From the NCBI GenBank assembly GCA_963796455.1, contig CAWCLO010000002.1, forward strand, positions 160,001-224,000: a DNA stretch of 64,000 nucleotides, in the 5' to 3' direction. This DNA comes from Candidatus Sulfomarinibacteraceae bacterium (GTDB taxonomy: Bacteria > Acidobacteriota > Thermoanaerobaculia > Thermoanaerobaculales > Sulfomarinibacteraceae). The position numbers and the translations under genes were made by a program. The notes under the pieces were generated by a model that searched no databases, was not told where the DNA came from, and saw only the letters and a program-made list of their open reading frames with translations. Shown one piece after another: positions 1-9,548 of this stretch; the first letter of the stretch is position 1, and every line of letters starts with the position of its first letter.

Positions 1-606
1 CGGCCTGCCCGGTTGCTCGAGCTGGACCTTTCGCAGAAAGTGAAGGTACTGCCGTTTCCACGTTTCGATGAGCCCGACATCGCCATCGTCGAACAACACC
101 GCGTCGTTGAAGATCCGGCCCATGCGGCGGGGGAAAAACGATACGTGATAGAACGAGAGCCGGCCGACGGAGGTCAGCGCGAGCTCCTCTTCCCATGGCA
201 CATCAGCAGCGACGGGCACGTTGTCCATCAGGCGGGTCGGCGGCAACATGCCCCCGATGCGGCCCTTGATCGAGTTGGGGAGGATCAGAAACTCGTGTGG
301 CATGGCAGCTTGAAGTAGGGTCACCCGTGCGAACCGTGGATCCCGGCTCATCAGGTTCTGGAGATGGGTCGTGCCGCTCCGCCAATGACCGATGATGAAG
401 ATCGGCGGAGGCTCGATGGGCTGGTTTCGAATGCGTCCGGCAAACCTCGCGGCTGCCGTCCACCGGACCGGGAGCCGCATTACGGTCATCAGCAACAGAT
501 ACAGGGCCCGCGGAACATATTTGGCGTCGCACCCGTAACTCGAGATCAACGCCAGCAGATTGGCGGTGCTGCTCGAGACGAGGGGATGCACCAGGTCCTG
601 GTTCAT
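1..606 (-). CDS. Sulfotransferase family protein (PAPS-dependent), runs off the window edge
   Basis: Not in the ORF track. Manual translation from ATG 606 gives MNQDLVHPLV...PPPIFIIGHWRSGTTHLQNLMSRDP, a 5'-PSB loop motif. ATGA overlap with the upstream stop at 603-606. Confidence 0.88.
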   Translation of the reverse strand, partial: MNQDLVHPLVSSSTANLLALISSYGCDAKYVPRALYLLLMTVMRLPVRWTAAARFAGRIRNQPIEPPPIFIIGHWRSGTTHLQNLMSRDPRFARVTLLQAAMPHEFLILPNSIKGRIGGMLPPTRLMDNVPVAADVPWEEELALTSVGRLSFYHVSFFPRRMGRIFNDAVLFDDGDVGLIETWKRQYLHFLRKVQLEQPGRP

Positions 607-2345
607 GCTTTTTTCGCTCTGGAAACCGTGAAGATGCCGTACTCGTCGATCTTCATCTCCAGTTTTTGCAACCCGACCGAACGCAGCAGTTCATCCATCT
701 CCGCCTGCGAGCGTCGGCGCATGATCCAGGGAACCCCGTCACGGTTGGGCAGCGTGCGCGCGATCATTTCCACCTGGGGATGCCACGGCTGGCAGGTGTA
801 GATGAAGTCCCCGTCATCCTGGAGGATCCCGGCGATGCCTTCGAGCGAAGCGATCAGCATGGCGTTGTCGGGGAACAACTCGTAGAGACCGGAGACGATC
901 ACGATATTGGGACGTGGTGTGACAGCGAGGATCGATTCTTTGTCGAAGGCGTCGCCCTGTTCGAAAACCACGTTTTCCAGATCGAGTGCCGCTGCCGAGG
1001 CGCGGCCCTGTTCCAGGTTGCGGGGCTCCCAGTCCCGAAGCACTGCGCTGACATCAAGGGCGCGCAGCTCGACGAGAGCATCCAGGACATAGCGGCCACA
1101 GCCGGTCGCGAGGTCCAGGATCCGCACCGGATTGCCGGTGCCTGCGAGGCGCTCCGCCGAGTTTCTGAGCATGGCGGCCAGATGGGTGCGCCGGTCGCGA
1201 ATGCCTTTCCAGCCCACGGCATCGAGATACCCGCGATCGATCAGGCGGCCCAGCGGCGTCGTGCCCCTTGCAGTGTTGTCGTACACGTAGTCGAGCGACC
1301 TGCCCGAATCGAAACCGGTTTCGAGCCCGATCCGGATACCCTCGCTCAGCCGGCCGCCGGTGTTCATGCCGAATCGCTGCAGTTTGTATCCGAGCCCGCG
1401 AAGTATAGGGGCCGGCTGCCGCAGCAGATCGTACTCCGTGCGCGTGTATCCCCCCTGGTCGGCACGCACGAGGGCCGAGCGGTCCATATCACGCTCGAAG
1501 CTTTCCATCAGGAATGCCCGCGCATCGTTGATGGGTTTGGCGCGATCCTTTTCGTAGAGGATGGCGTGAAAGAAACCGGGGTAGTACTCCATCTGCTTCT
1601 TGGCGGAAGAGAGCCCTTCATAGAATTGCCGCTGCGCGGAGTTCTTCACGACCCAATCCGATCCGCCGGAAAGAACCAGTGTCGGCGTTTCGATGGCGCC
1701 GGCGTCCGCCATGACGCGGGTGGCCGTGTCATGCAGTTCGAGCAGGATGTTGACCGCAATGTCGCGCGTGATCAGCGGATCTTCGTCATAGGCCCGGGAT
1801 TGCTCGGGGTCGTGGGTCAGCATCTTCGATTTGACATAGCTGCTGATCGTCGCGTCGGGCTTGAAGCGCAGCAACAGACGGAGAAACGGAATCGCCAAGG
1901 GCACGTAGAGTTTGATGCGAAAAGCGGGTGCGGCCAGGACCATCGAGCGGATCCGCGGCGCGTAGTCGTGAACCCATGTCGCGGTGGTCACGGCGCCGAC
2001 GCTGTTGGCCACGATGGCGATGTTCTCCATCGGGATATTGTGCTGCTCGCAGACGTGGTGGACGAAGGCATCCAGATCGCGCACGAGAGCCGAATAGCTC
2101 GGGGCGTGTCCGCGATCGCCCGGCGATTTCCCGTGTCCGCGGTTGTCCCACGAGAAGGCCCAGAAGTCGGGCATGTCCAGCGAATCCAACAACTCCTGAA
2201 GCCGTCCGGAGTGTTCGTGCCCGCGGTGAACAAGGATCAGTGCCTTTTGACTGCTTGTGGCCGGCGCCCAACTTCGGCAGAAGAGCTCTGTGTCGTCCCA
2301 TGAAGTGAACACTCCTTCGCTACAAGCTCGTGCCATTGTCCTCAC
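603..2345 (-). CDS. Bifunctional alpha/beta hydrolase / SAM-dependent methyltransferase (YnbC-like)
   Basis: HRGHEHSGR, ANSVGA nucleophile elbow and GFFHAIL. C-terminal ILDLATGCGRY SAM motif, SGLYELFPDN and WIMRRRSQAEMD match the YnbC architecture. Confidence 0.9.
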   Translation of the reverse strand: MRTMARACSEGVFTSWDDTELFCRSWAPATSSQKALILVHRGHEHSGRLQELLDSLDMPDFWAFSWDNRGHGKSPGDRGHAPSYSALVRDLDAFVHHVCEQHNIPMENIAIVANSVGAVTTATWVHDYAPRIRSMVLAAPAFRIKLYVPLAIPFLRLLLRFKPDATISSYVKSKMLTHDPEQSRAYDEDPLITRDIAVNILLELHDTATRVMADAGAIETPTLVLSGGSDWVVKNSAQRQFYEGLSSAKKQMEYYPGFFHAILYEKDRAKPINDARAFLMESFERDMDRSALVRADQGGYTRTEYDLLRQPAPILRGLGYKLQRFGMNTGGRLSEGIRIGLETGFDSGRSLDYVYDNTARGTTPLGRLIDRGYLDAVGWKGIRDRRTHLAAMLRNSAERLAGTGNPVRILDLATGCGRYVLDALVELRALDVSAVLRDWEPRNLEQGRASAAALDLENVVFEQGDAFDKESILAVTPRPNIVIVSGLYELFPDNAMLIASLEGIAGILQDDGDFIYTCQPWHPQVEMIARTLPNRDGVPWIMRRRSQAEMDELLRSVGLQKLEMKIDEYGIFTVSRAKKA

Positions 2346-2499
2346 CCTTCCCCGTCTTGCGGCAGGTCCCGGCGGCGGTTTGTGTGGTTATCGGGAAAAG
2401 TGACATCAGTACTATTCATGTTAGCGGACATCGTGCTGGGTCGTGGTCTCGATGCCCGCCATCGGACTGACAAGTCGCTGCAATTCCGGGCCGGCTCGT

Positions 2500-3450
2500 T
2501 CAGGCGGATGGCAGGGCGTCGACGACTTTTTCCATCCGGCGGAGGGTTGCTTCATCGGGGAGTTCACCGTAGGCGGCTCCCATGTTGTCCAGCATGTGTT
2601 TCGCCTTGCTGGTCGCCGGCGTGACGCAGGTGACCGCCGGGTGAGCCGCCACATATTTGAGAAAGAATCTGCCCCAGGTGTCGGCGCCGAAGTCTGCGGC
2701 CCATTCCGGAACGGTCCTTCCACTCACGCGGGTCCAGAGTCTGGATCGACCAAACGGGACGTAGACCAGCACGGCGATGCCGAGATCCTGCGCGACGGGC
2801 AGGACGCGCTCCGCCGACGCACGGTTGTCCACGGCGTAGTCGACGCCGATGAAATCGATGGGGTGTTGGCGCATCGCTTTTTCGAGATCTCCGTGGCGGC
2901 TGCTCCGCGTGGAGGTGGTTCCGATGTACCGGAGCTTGCCGCTCTCCTTGGCTTCCTGAACCACGGGCATCTGGGTCGCGAGATCGGCGAGATTGTGGAC
3001 CTGGATCAGATCCACCGGCTTTTTGCCGAGCCGTTCGAGTGAACGTTTGACCTGGGCCCGCGCTTCGTCCCCATCGGCCTTCCCCGTTTCCCGGGAAGCA
3101 ACATTGACCTTGGTGGCCCAGAAGATCTTGTCGGTCACTCCCAACTCGCCGGCGATCTCGCCGCAGACCTTTTCTGAGGCGCCGTAGGAGGGAGCGGTGT
3201 CGAGGACGGTGCCGCCGTTCCGGACCAGCGCTTCGATCACGCCCTGAAGGGCTGAAATGTCGTCGCCACCTGCGACCTTCCGAAATGATGCGGAACTCCC
3301 CAACCCGACGATCGGCAGATGTTCACCCGTCTTCGGGATCGCACGGGTGATGAGAGCGCTGCTTTCGAAGGCCCGGAGCAGGCCGGGTGGAATCGCACAG
3401 GCCGCACCGGCCAGGGCCGCGTTCTTGAGATACTCACGTCGTGTCCACAT
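2500..3450 (-). CDS. Aldo/keto reductase with Tat-like signal peptide
   Basis: TRREYLK twin-arginine N-terminus; DTAPSYG, ATKV, DLIQVHN. Start at ATG 3450 after GGAGG. Confidence 0.9.
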   Translation of the reverse strand: MWTRREYLKNAALAGAACAIPPGLLRAFESSALITRAIPKTGEHLPIVGLGSSASFRKVAGGDDISALQGVIEALVRNGGTVLDTAPSYGASEKVCGEIAGELGVTDKIFWATKVNVASRETGKADGDEARAQVKRSLERLGKKPVDLIQVHNLADLATQMPVVQEAKESGKLRYIGTTSTRSSRHGDLEKAMRQHPIDFIGVDYAVDNRASAERVLPVAQDLGIAVLVYVPFGRSRLWTRVSGRTVPEWAADFGADTWGRFFLKYVAAHPAVTCVTPATSKAKHMLDNMGAAYGELPDEATLRRMEKVVDALPSA

Positions 3451-3577
3451 TGAGGTGCCTCCTTCAGTCAATCCGATCATGCAGCCGAAGCAAGCGATCT
3501 GCGGACCAGATCCGCCGGGGCTTCGGAGAAGAAGTAGAATCTATCGTACTCGCGCCGTGATCTTCATGGAGGAACGA

Positions 3578-5212
3578 ATGAAATCAAGGATTCTTCTGCT
3601 GTCTGGCCTCATCTTGCTGAGCGGTCTCTACCCTCCGGTTGATGCGTGCACCGTCATCGGCGTCGGCCGCGAGGCGAGCGCGGATGGTTCGGTCATCGTT
3701 TCCCATACCGACGCCGGTCCGAATTCACGGATCTTTGTCGTTCACGGTCGAAGCCACGAAGCGGGTGAGATGGCGCCGGTCTACTGGGGGCTCGTCGAAG
3801 CCGACCGCCCCATCGACGACTTCGGCGATGTGCTCGGCCACATCCCGCAGGTGGAGCGCACCTTCACCTATTTCCACTCGGCCTATTCGCAGATGAATGA
3901 ACACCAACTCGCGATCGGCGAAAGCACCACCTCGCAGCGCAAGGAGCTCGATGTCAAAAAGGGCGAGGGCGAGCAGATCATGACCATCGAACAGGCCCAG
4001 ATCTTCGCCCTGCAGCGAACGACGAAGGCCCGGGATGCGGTGCTGCTGATCGGCGATCTGATGGAGCGCTACGGATTCTTGCCGTCCATGGACGGTTCCG
4101 AGACGCTCGTCATCGGGGACCCCGAAGAGATCTGGATCTTCGAGGTCTTCGGGGTCGGACCGGAATGGACCCGCTCGAGCGGCAAACCGGGAGCGATCTG
4201 GGCCGCCCAGCGACTCCCGGACGACCACGCCTGCATGATCCCGAATTGGAGCATCATCAAACAGATCGACGCCGACGACGAGGCCAACTTCCTGGTCTCG
4301 GCCAACTACAAACAGGAGGCCATCGACCGCGGCTGGTACGACCCGTCCAGCGGTTTTCCTTTTGTCTGGCAGGAGGCCTATGCGCCCATCCCGCGCGAGT
4401 GGGCCACCAGCCGATTCTGGTTGTTTCACACCACCTTTGCACCCGACGAGGACCGCTGGCCGAAACGATCTCCGGTGAAGAACCCGGCACAGACGGTCGA
4501 CCAGTACCACCAGTACGTGGAGCCCTTGTCCACCTATCCGGTTTCCATCGCGCCCGAGCAAAAAATCTCGGTCCTTGATGTCATGGCCTTCCAGCGCTCC
4601 ACCTACGAGGGCACCATCTACGACATCACCGCCCAGTCGCCGTGGTTGGTCCCCGACGACGAGGGGAAGATGATCAAGAGCCCGTTGGCGACCCCCTTCC
4701 CGAACAAGGACCTGCAGGCGTTGCTCCATCTCACCAACCGCCGTCCGGTGGCCCGGCACATGGGCCAGTACGGCATGGTGACCCAGCTCAGGAGCTGGCT
4801 GCCCGATGCGATCGGGGGGGTCTACTGGGTCTATCTCGACAACCCGTACTTCAGCCCCTACGTTCCCATCTATGCCGGCGTCCAGGAGACCTCGGAGAGC
4901 TACCGGATCTACGACCCCGACGCTTACAGCGACGCCTCGGCTCGGTGGGCGATCGACTTCGTCGACAACCTCGCGAACTTGAGGTTCCAGGAGGCGATCG
5001 TCGATGTCCGGGCCGAACGTGAGCCCTTCGAAGAACGACTCTTCGCCGACCAGGAGAAGATCGAGGCCGAGGCCCTGCGCCTCTTCAGAGAGTCACCGGA
5101 TGCAGCCAATGAATATCTGACAGACGTCAGCCAGTCTGCGATGGATGAAGTTCTGCAGATCTACACCAGGTTGCGCGCGACCTTGATCACGAAGTACACC
5201 AACAACCGATAG
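3578..5212 (+). CDS. Secreted dipeptidase, peptidase family C69 (Ntn hydrolase)
   Basis: Signal peptide followed by A|CTVIGVG N-terminal nucleophile Cys; MNEHQLAIGEST; WAAQRLPDD. Confidence 0.9.
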   Translation: MKSRILLLSGLILLSGLYPPVDACTVIGVGREASADGSVIVSHTDAGPNSRIFVVHGRSHEAGEMAPVYWGLVEADRPIDDFGDVLGHIPQVERTFTYFHSAYSQMNEHQLAIGESTTSQRKELDVKKGEGEQIMTIEQAQIFALQRTTKARDAVLLIGDLMERYGFLPSMDGSETLVIGDPEEIWIFEVFGVGPEWTRSSGKPGAIWAAQRLPDDHACMIPNWSIIKQIDADDEANFLVSANYKQEAIDRGWYDPSSGFPFVWQEAYAPIPREWATSRFWLFHTTFAPDEDRWPKRSPVKNPAQTVDQYHQYVEPLSTYPVSIAPEQKISVLDVMAFQRSTYEGTIYDITAQSPWLVPDDEGKMIKSPLATPFPNKDLQALLHLTNRRPVARHMGQYGMVTQLRSWLPDAIGGVYWVYLDNPYFSPYVPIYAGVQETSESYRIYDPDAYSDASARWAIDFVDNLANLRFQEAIVDVRAEREPFEERLFADQEKIEAEALRLFRESPDAANEYLTDVSQSAMDEVLQIYTRLRATLITKYTNNR

Positions 5213-5228
5213 TGGTGTCTGGGCTCGC

Positions 5229-5603
5229 CTAGCGAAGGTCCGGCGGCACCAGATCCTGCCGGATGATCTCGGCGACGATCGCTCCCGAGCTCCTTGCAAG
5301 GGTTGTCGCCAACTTCTTGACGGCCGTGCCTTCCTGGAAGCCCGACCGGAGCAGCGCACGATCTTCCTCGCTCCACGGCAGACCGGAGTTCTTCGGTCTT
5401 CCGAGTTCGAGGTTGTTCCGGCGCCTCGCCTCGACGCTCAATGGCGGCCGCTTCGAATTTTTGACGAATTCGAGGATCGAAAACAGTGCCCGGATCACTT
5501 CCGGGTCGTTGTACGGGCTCTCCGGTGAGAAGACCTCTCCGGTGGTGGGGTGGATACCCTGCGCGAGGGTGTTGACGATCTTACGGGATTCGTAGAGTTC
5601 CAT
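5229..5603 (-). CDS. Conserved hypothetical protein with C-terminal HTH-like segment
   Basis: LAQGIHPTTGEV...GLPWSEEDRALL...LARSSGAI pattern; AAGGAG RBS and its own promoter. Confidence 0.7.
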   Translation of the reverse strand: MELYESRKIVNTLAQGIHPTTGEVFSPESPYNDPEVIRALFSILEFVKNSKRPPLSVEARRRNNLELGRPKNSGLPWSEEDRALLRSGFQEGTAVKKLATTLARSSGAIVAEIIRQDLVPPDLR

Positions 5604-5698
5604 GTCACGCTCCTTCTCTCGTGGGCTACCGGTGAATTCTTACCGGCGGGCACCATGAGTCTGGGCGTGGACGGGTTGCCCGAGGGGCGAGCGTAAAT

Positions 5699-5727
5699 AA
5701 AGTATAAGTTGAATATCGGATTGTCAA
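5699..5727 (-). promoter_or_regulatory. Sigma-70 promoter for the 5603 gene
   Basis: Minus strand TTGACA-N15-TATACT (or N17-TACTTT) in an AT-rich patch. Confidence 0.6.
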
Positions 5728-5828
5728 GGAGAACGAACTGCTGTCCAAAATAAATCGGCATGTCGAGTCGCCCATGTGACAACCCGAGGATGACGGGTTG
5801 GTTGTTGGCCTATCCTGTTCGCGATTGG

Positions 5829-5861
5829 CCCGTACCCGCACCCGATCCCGATCCCGATCCC
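5829..5861. repeat. Hexamer tandem repeat CCCGTA CCCGCA (CCCGAT)x3
   Basis: Read directly from the sequence. Confidence 0.85.
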
Positions 5862-5866
5862 AAATT

Positions 5867-5969
5867 GCAGCGGCAGCGATAGGGTCCAGCGACAGCGACA
5901 GGCAACAGCGAACAGGGACAGCGAACAGGGACAGTGATCAGCGGCAGCGGCAGCGGTCAGGAGTACAGG
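5867..5969 (+). repeat. Left arm: degenerate 6-7 nt repeats (ACAGCGA/ACAGGG/CAGCGG)
   Basis: cagcgacagcgacaggcaacagcgaacagggacagcgaacagggacagtgatcagcggcagcggcagcgg. Confidence 0.85.
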
Positions 5970-6114
5970 CGGCAAAATGGCCACCTCCGGGTCGTTCAAA
6001 GGAAGGGGTAGCCGGTGGGCGGCCGATGTCAAGGACAGGCAGGGTGCAGGGCATCCTTGACATCGGCCACCACACCGGCTTGTGGCAAAGGGCATGAACG
6101 ACCCGGAGGTGACC

Positions 6115-6468
6115 ATGTCCAACGCCGCGAGGAACACCAACCTCGTTGCCCACTCGAAAGCCCTCGAAGCAGCAGGCATCGCGATCAAACTCGTGATGAG
6201 AGTTCCCGCTCCGCTGAAATCCATAGCCGATCAGGTCATCCGGTCGGCAAGTTCGGTCCCTGCGAATCTGGCAGAAGGGCACGGCCGAGTTGGGAGAGAC
6301 CGGTCGAACCACTGGAGAATCGCATACGCCTCGGCGAAAGAGGTCGACAGCCACTTGAAGCTCCTCGCTCGCGCCGGGGCGGTCAACCGGAATGGAGCCA
6401 GTGAAGCGATGAAGGCCTTCGATCAGGTCCGTGCGATGACCTGGCGGCTCTTGAACCCGAAAATGTAA
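6115..6468 (+). CDS. Four-helix-bundle protein (23S rRNA intervening-sequence protein / Avd-like family)
   Basis: IADQVIRSASSVPANLAEGHGR...IAYASAKEVDSHL family signature; GGAGGT RBS before ATG 6115. Confidence 0.9.
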   Translation: MSNAARNTNLVAHSKALEAAGIAIKLVMRVPAPLKSIADQVIRSASSVPANLAEGHGRVGRDRSNHWRIAYASAKEVDSHLKLLARAGAVNRNGASEAMKAFDQVRAMTWRLLNPKM

Positions 6469-6575
6469 GCGCTGTTCGCTGTTCGCTGTCGCTGCCCCGG
6501 CCGCTGGTCGCTGCCGCTGTCTCCTGTTCGCTGATGCTGTCCGCCGGTCCCTGTCGCCGTCCCTGAACGCTATCC
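6469..6575 (-). repeat. Right arm: reverse complement of the left-arm repeat units (TCGCTGT/CCCTGT/CCGCTG)
   Basis: gctgttcgctgttcgctgtcgctg...ccgctgtctcctgttcgctg...ccctgtcg begins immediately after the stop codon. Confidence 0.85.
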
Positions 6576-6654
6576 GCGACTCTGTCTTGGACAAGAGTCG
6601 AAGAGAACCCAACAAAATGGGTGAGGGGGTTCGTTGCGCGCGGTGAGGTGCCGC

Positions 6655-9336
6655 TCACTCAGTCGTCGGCGACTCAACACCTTCCTTGGTAGCGGTGAAC
6701 TCGAATTCGCCCCTCCCGCCCGAACCCGTCCCGGTGATCTCCCCGCCTTCGAGCCGTCCTTCGAACTCCATTTCAGAGACATCGTCGCCGCTGTCACGAA
6801 TCGCCGTGAATCGCAGGCGCTCTCCGTCGAACGAAACATCGCTCACATCGGCCTGGCCGAAGACAAAGGACATGGAGCCAGCGATCTCATCACCATCCAA
6901 TACGAGCTCCAGGCCGAAGGGCTGGATCCGCCCGTCGGCGTCGAGCTCACCAATCCAGCTCCCGATCAGGTCCTCCAGGTCCTCGGCCGTGGCCTTTGTG
7001 GAGTCGATCTCGGCTTTCTCGTCCTCGTCGAGCTGCTCGGCATCAAAGACCCACACCCCCCTGCCGTGGGTGGCGATGACGATCATCCGGTCCCTGGGGT
7101 GGATGGCCAGATCGTGCACGTACGCGAACGGGAGGTCGCCCAGGACCGCCCAGGTCTCGCCGCCGTCATTGCTGATGTAGACACCGGCATCTGTACCGAG
7201 GTAGAGCGTTTCTTCATCGTCCGGATCTTCGCGTATGACGTTGACGGGACCGAGGGGCACGTTGCCCGAGATGTCGACCCAGGTTGCTCCGAGGTCCGTC
7301 GATTTCCAGACGTAGACCTGGAAATCATCTTCCCTGCGGCCGGTCTGCGTCATGTAGACCGTCCCGAGATCGTGCTCGGATGAAACCAGCCTCGAGACCC
7401 ATTTGGCCGGCACCGGGGGAGCGCCGATCTCCGTCCACTCGCCGCCGCCGTCCTTGGTCCGCCAGATCCTGCCGTCGTCGGTTCCCGCGAAGATCAGCCC
7501 GAACCTGAGCGGAGATTCGCTGAGTGCGGCGATGGTCTGGTAAGCGATATCGCCGCGTTTTGCGGCGACGTTGTGGGACAGATCCGGGCTGATGCTGACC
7601 CAGGTGTTGCCCCGATCCCGCGACATCATGACGTTGTGCATCCCGTGGTACACAATGTCCGGGTTGTGGACCGACAGGATGGTCGGCGTGATCCACTGCC
7701 CCAGCGGTTTGTCCTCTCCCGGGAAGGGTGGAGGAAGACAGGTCTTCGTATCGGACCCGTCGAAGCTCTGTCGCTCGAGATTGCCGTAGAAGGTGCTGGC
7801 ATAGACCGTGCCGTCGCGCGGATCGACGGCGTGGGAGGTGCCTTCTCCACCGAGCGCGTCGTCGAACGGGATCGCTTTGATCTTCGCCCGGCCCTCCGAA
7901 ATGTCGACGGTGCCAACACGGCTGCCGTGGTCCTGAATCGAGCCGAAGACCCGAAAGGGCTCGTTCATGTCGTAGGCCACGTTGTAGAACTGGGCCAATG
8001 GCAAGGCCTTGAGCGGGATCTTCCAATTCTCCCCGCCGTCGTAGGAGATGGACAGCCCACCGTCCTGGACGTTGAGCAGGTAATCGCTGTTGGCAGGATC
8101 GATCCACAAACCGTGATGATCCCCGTGCATTCCCGTCAGGACCTCGGCGGTCCTGCCGCCGTCAGAGGACACATTGAGGGCCAAACCCATCGTGTAGATG
8201 CGATTTTCATCCTGTGGATCGACCCTGATCTGCGCGAAGACCCAGCCGTAGGTCCCGGAGTGGTTCTCCATAAACTTCTTGGTTCTTTCGTCCAGCCCGC
8301 TGACCTGCACCCAGCTCTGCCCACCATTTTCGCTACGGTAGATTTTGGCGCCTTTGATCCGATCCTTCATCGGACGACCGTAGGCGTCCTTCTGGCCCGG
8401 CTTGGCCTTCTTTGCGATCTCGTAGCTGTCCACATAGGCATACAAGACCTGAGGGTTCGACGCCGCGATGTCGATTCCGATGCGACCTCGGAGCCCGGCC
8501 TCCGGCAGACCGGTATTGATCTGTTCCCAATCCTCTCCGCCATTGGTGGATTTCCACACTCCGCTGTGTTCATGGTCGGGGAGGACCCTGGGGTCGCTCC
8601 ATTTCAGCCGCGTCCGCTGCCAGGTCGTGCAGTAGAGGGTGTCGGGCTCGGTGGGATCGAGGACCAGGTCGTTGACCCCTGTTTCGTCATCGATAAACAG
8701 GATCTTCTCCCAGGTTACTCCCCCGTCGGTGGTCTTGAACAGACCGCGTTCCGGGTTGCCGGTCCACTCGTGGCCGCCCGCCGCCACATAGACGATGTCC
8801 GGGTTTTCGGGATGAATGCGAATCCTGGGTACGGTATGGGATTCCGCGAGACCCATGTTCTTCCAGGTTGTGCCCCCGTCCGTGGTCTTGAACACCCCGC
8901 AGCCTGGGTTGGAGCTGCGGAAAATGTTGGCCTCGCCGGTGCCCACCCACACCACATCCGGATTGACCGGATCGATGGCGATATCGCCGATGGATGCGCA
9001 GGGCATGTCGTCAAAGACGGGATCGAAGGTCGTGCCCTCGTTGACGGACTTCCAGACCCCGCCCGTGGCGGCGCCGAGCCAGATCGTGTACTGCTGTCCC
9101 CTGGGAGAAACGGCCTCGACGTCGGTACACCGGCCGCTGATGTTCGTGGGGCCGAGGTAGCTCCATTTCATCGCCTTGAACGGCGATTCGGATTTCATCT
9201 CCATGTGCCGCTGGTGCATTTCCAGCCGCGTCTCGCCGTCCGGAATCGGCTCTTTGACTCCGGAATCGGCGGCTGAACTCCATGTCCCGAGGCATACCGC
9301 GTGAATGAAAAACAGAGCGGAAAACTTGGCCTTCAT
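6655..9336 (-). CDS. Secreted VPS10/sortilin-like BNR (Asp-box) beta-propeller protein, putative glycosyl hydrolase, with acidic C-terminal domain
   Basis: Signal peptide; GPTNISGR; many S/T-x-D/N-G-G-x-T-W Asp boxes; HGDHHGLWIDP; ATHGRGVW. Confidence 0.88.
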   Translation of the reverse strand: MKAKFSALFFIHAVCLGTWSSAADSGVKEPIPDGETRLEMHQRHMEMKSESPFKAMKWSYLGPTNISGRCTDVEAVSPRGQQYTIWLGAATGGVWKSVNEGTTFDPVFDDMPCASIGDIAIDPVNPDVVWVGTGEANIFRSSNPGCGVFKTTDGGTTWKNMGLAESHTVPRIRIHPENPDIVYVAAGGHEWTGNPERGLFKTTDGGVTWEKILFIDDETGVNDLVLDPTEPDTLYCTTWQRTRLKWSDPRVLPDHEHSGVWKSTNGGEDWEQINTGLPEAGLRGRIGIDIAASNPQVLYAYVDSYEIAKKAKPGQKDAYGRPMKDRIKGAKIYRSENGGQSWVQVSGLDERTKKFMENHSGTYGWVFAQIRVDPQDENRIYTMGLALNVSSDGGRTAEVLTGMHGDHHGLWIDPANSDYLLNVQDGGLSISYDGGENWKIPLKALPLAQFYNVAYDMNEPFRVFGSIQDHGSRVGTVDISEGRAKIKAIPFDDALGGEGTSHAVDPRDGTVYASTFYGNLERQSFDGSDTKTCLPPPFPGEDKPLGQWITPTILSVHNPDIVYHGMHNVMMSRDRGNTWVSISPDLSHNVAAKRGDIAYQTIAALSESPLRFGLIFAGTDDGRIWRTKDGGGEWTEIGAPPVPAKWVSRLVSSEHDLGTVYMTQTGRREDDFQVYVWKSTDLGATWVDISGNVPLGPVNVIREDPDDEETLYLGTDAGVYISNDGGETWAVLGDLPFAYVHDLAIHPRDRMIVIATHGRGVWVFDAEQLDEDEKAEIDSTKATAEDLEDLIGSWIGELDADGRIQPFGLELVLDGDEIAGSMSFVFGQADVSDVSFDGERLRFTAIRDSGDDVSEMEFEGRLEGGEITGTGSGGRGEFEFTATKEGVESPTTE

Positions 9337-9548
9337 GTTGTTCCTCCAACCTCAACGCGGAGCTCCGCGAACCGGTCAATCGTCGCAGAGTTCGTTGGGG
9401 TCGGCAACAGCGGATGCCGCACCTCCCGTTGCAGCCGGCTTTTCGCGATTCATGATTCGAGCGTCAGTTGAATTGCTGTGCCCGCAGTCTGCGACCGTGT
9501 TTGCCGATATAGTCGTCATTGTTCGGTACCAAGGTGGAGAGGTGCAGC

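Noticed and set aside
666..2303. Long antisense ORFs (also 7573-9276, 20084-21988, 46385-48055 and others)
   Set aside because: They are shadow frames of well-supported genes on the opposite strand in high-GC DNA and carry no motifs.
6115..6468. Diversity-generating retroelement (Avd-like gene plus the 46 kb repeat pair as TR/VR)
   Set aside because: No reverse transcriptase in the window, the repeat differences (T/C, C/T, A/C) are not adenine-specific, and the loci are 40 kb apart.
5867..6575. CRISPR array or 23S rRNA fragment
   Set aside because: Units are 6-7 nt with no spacers, there are no cas genes, and the flanks do not resemble rRNA.
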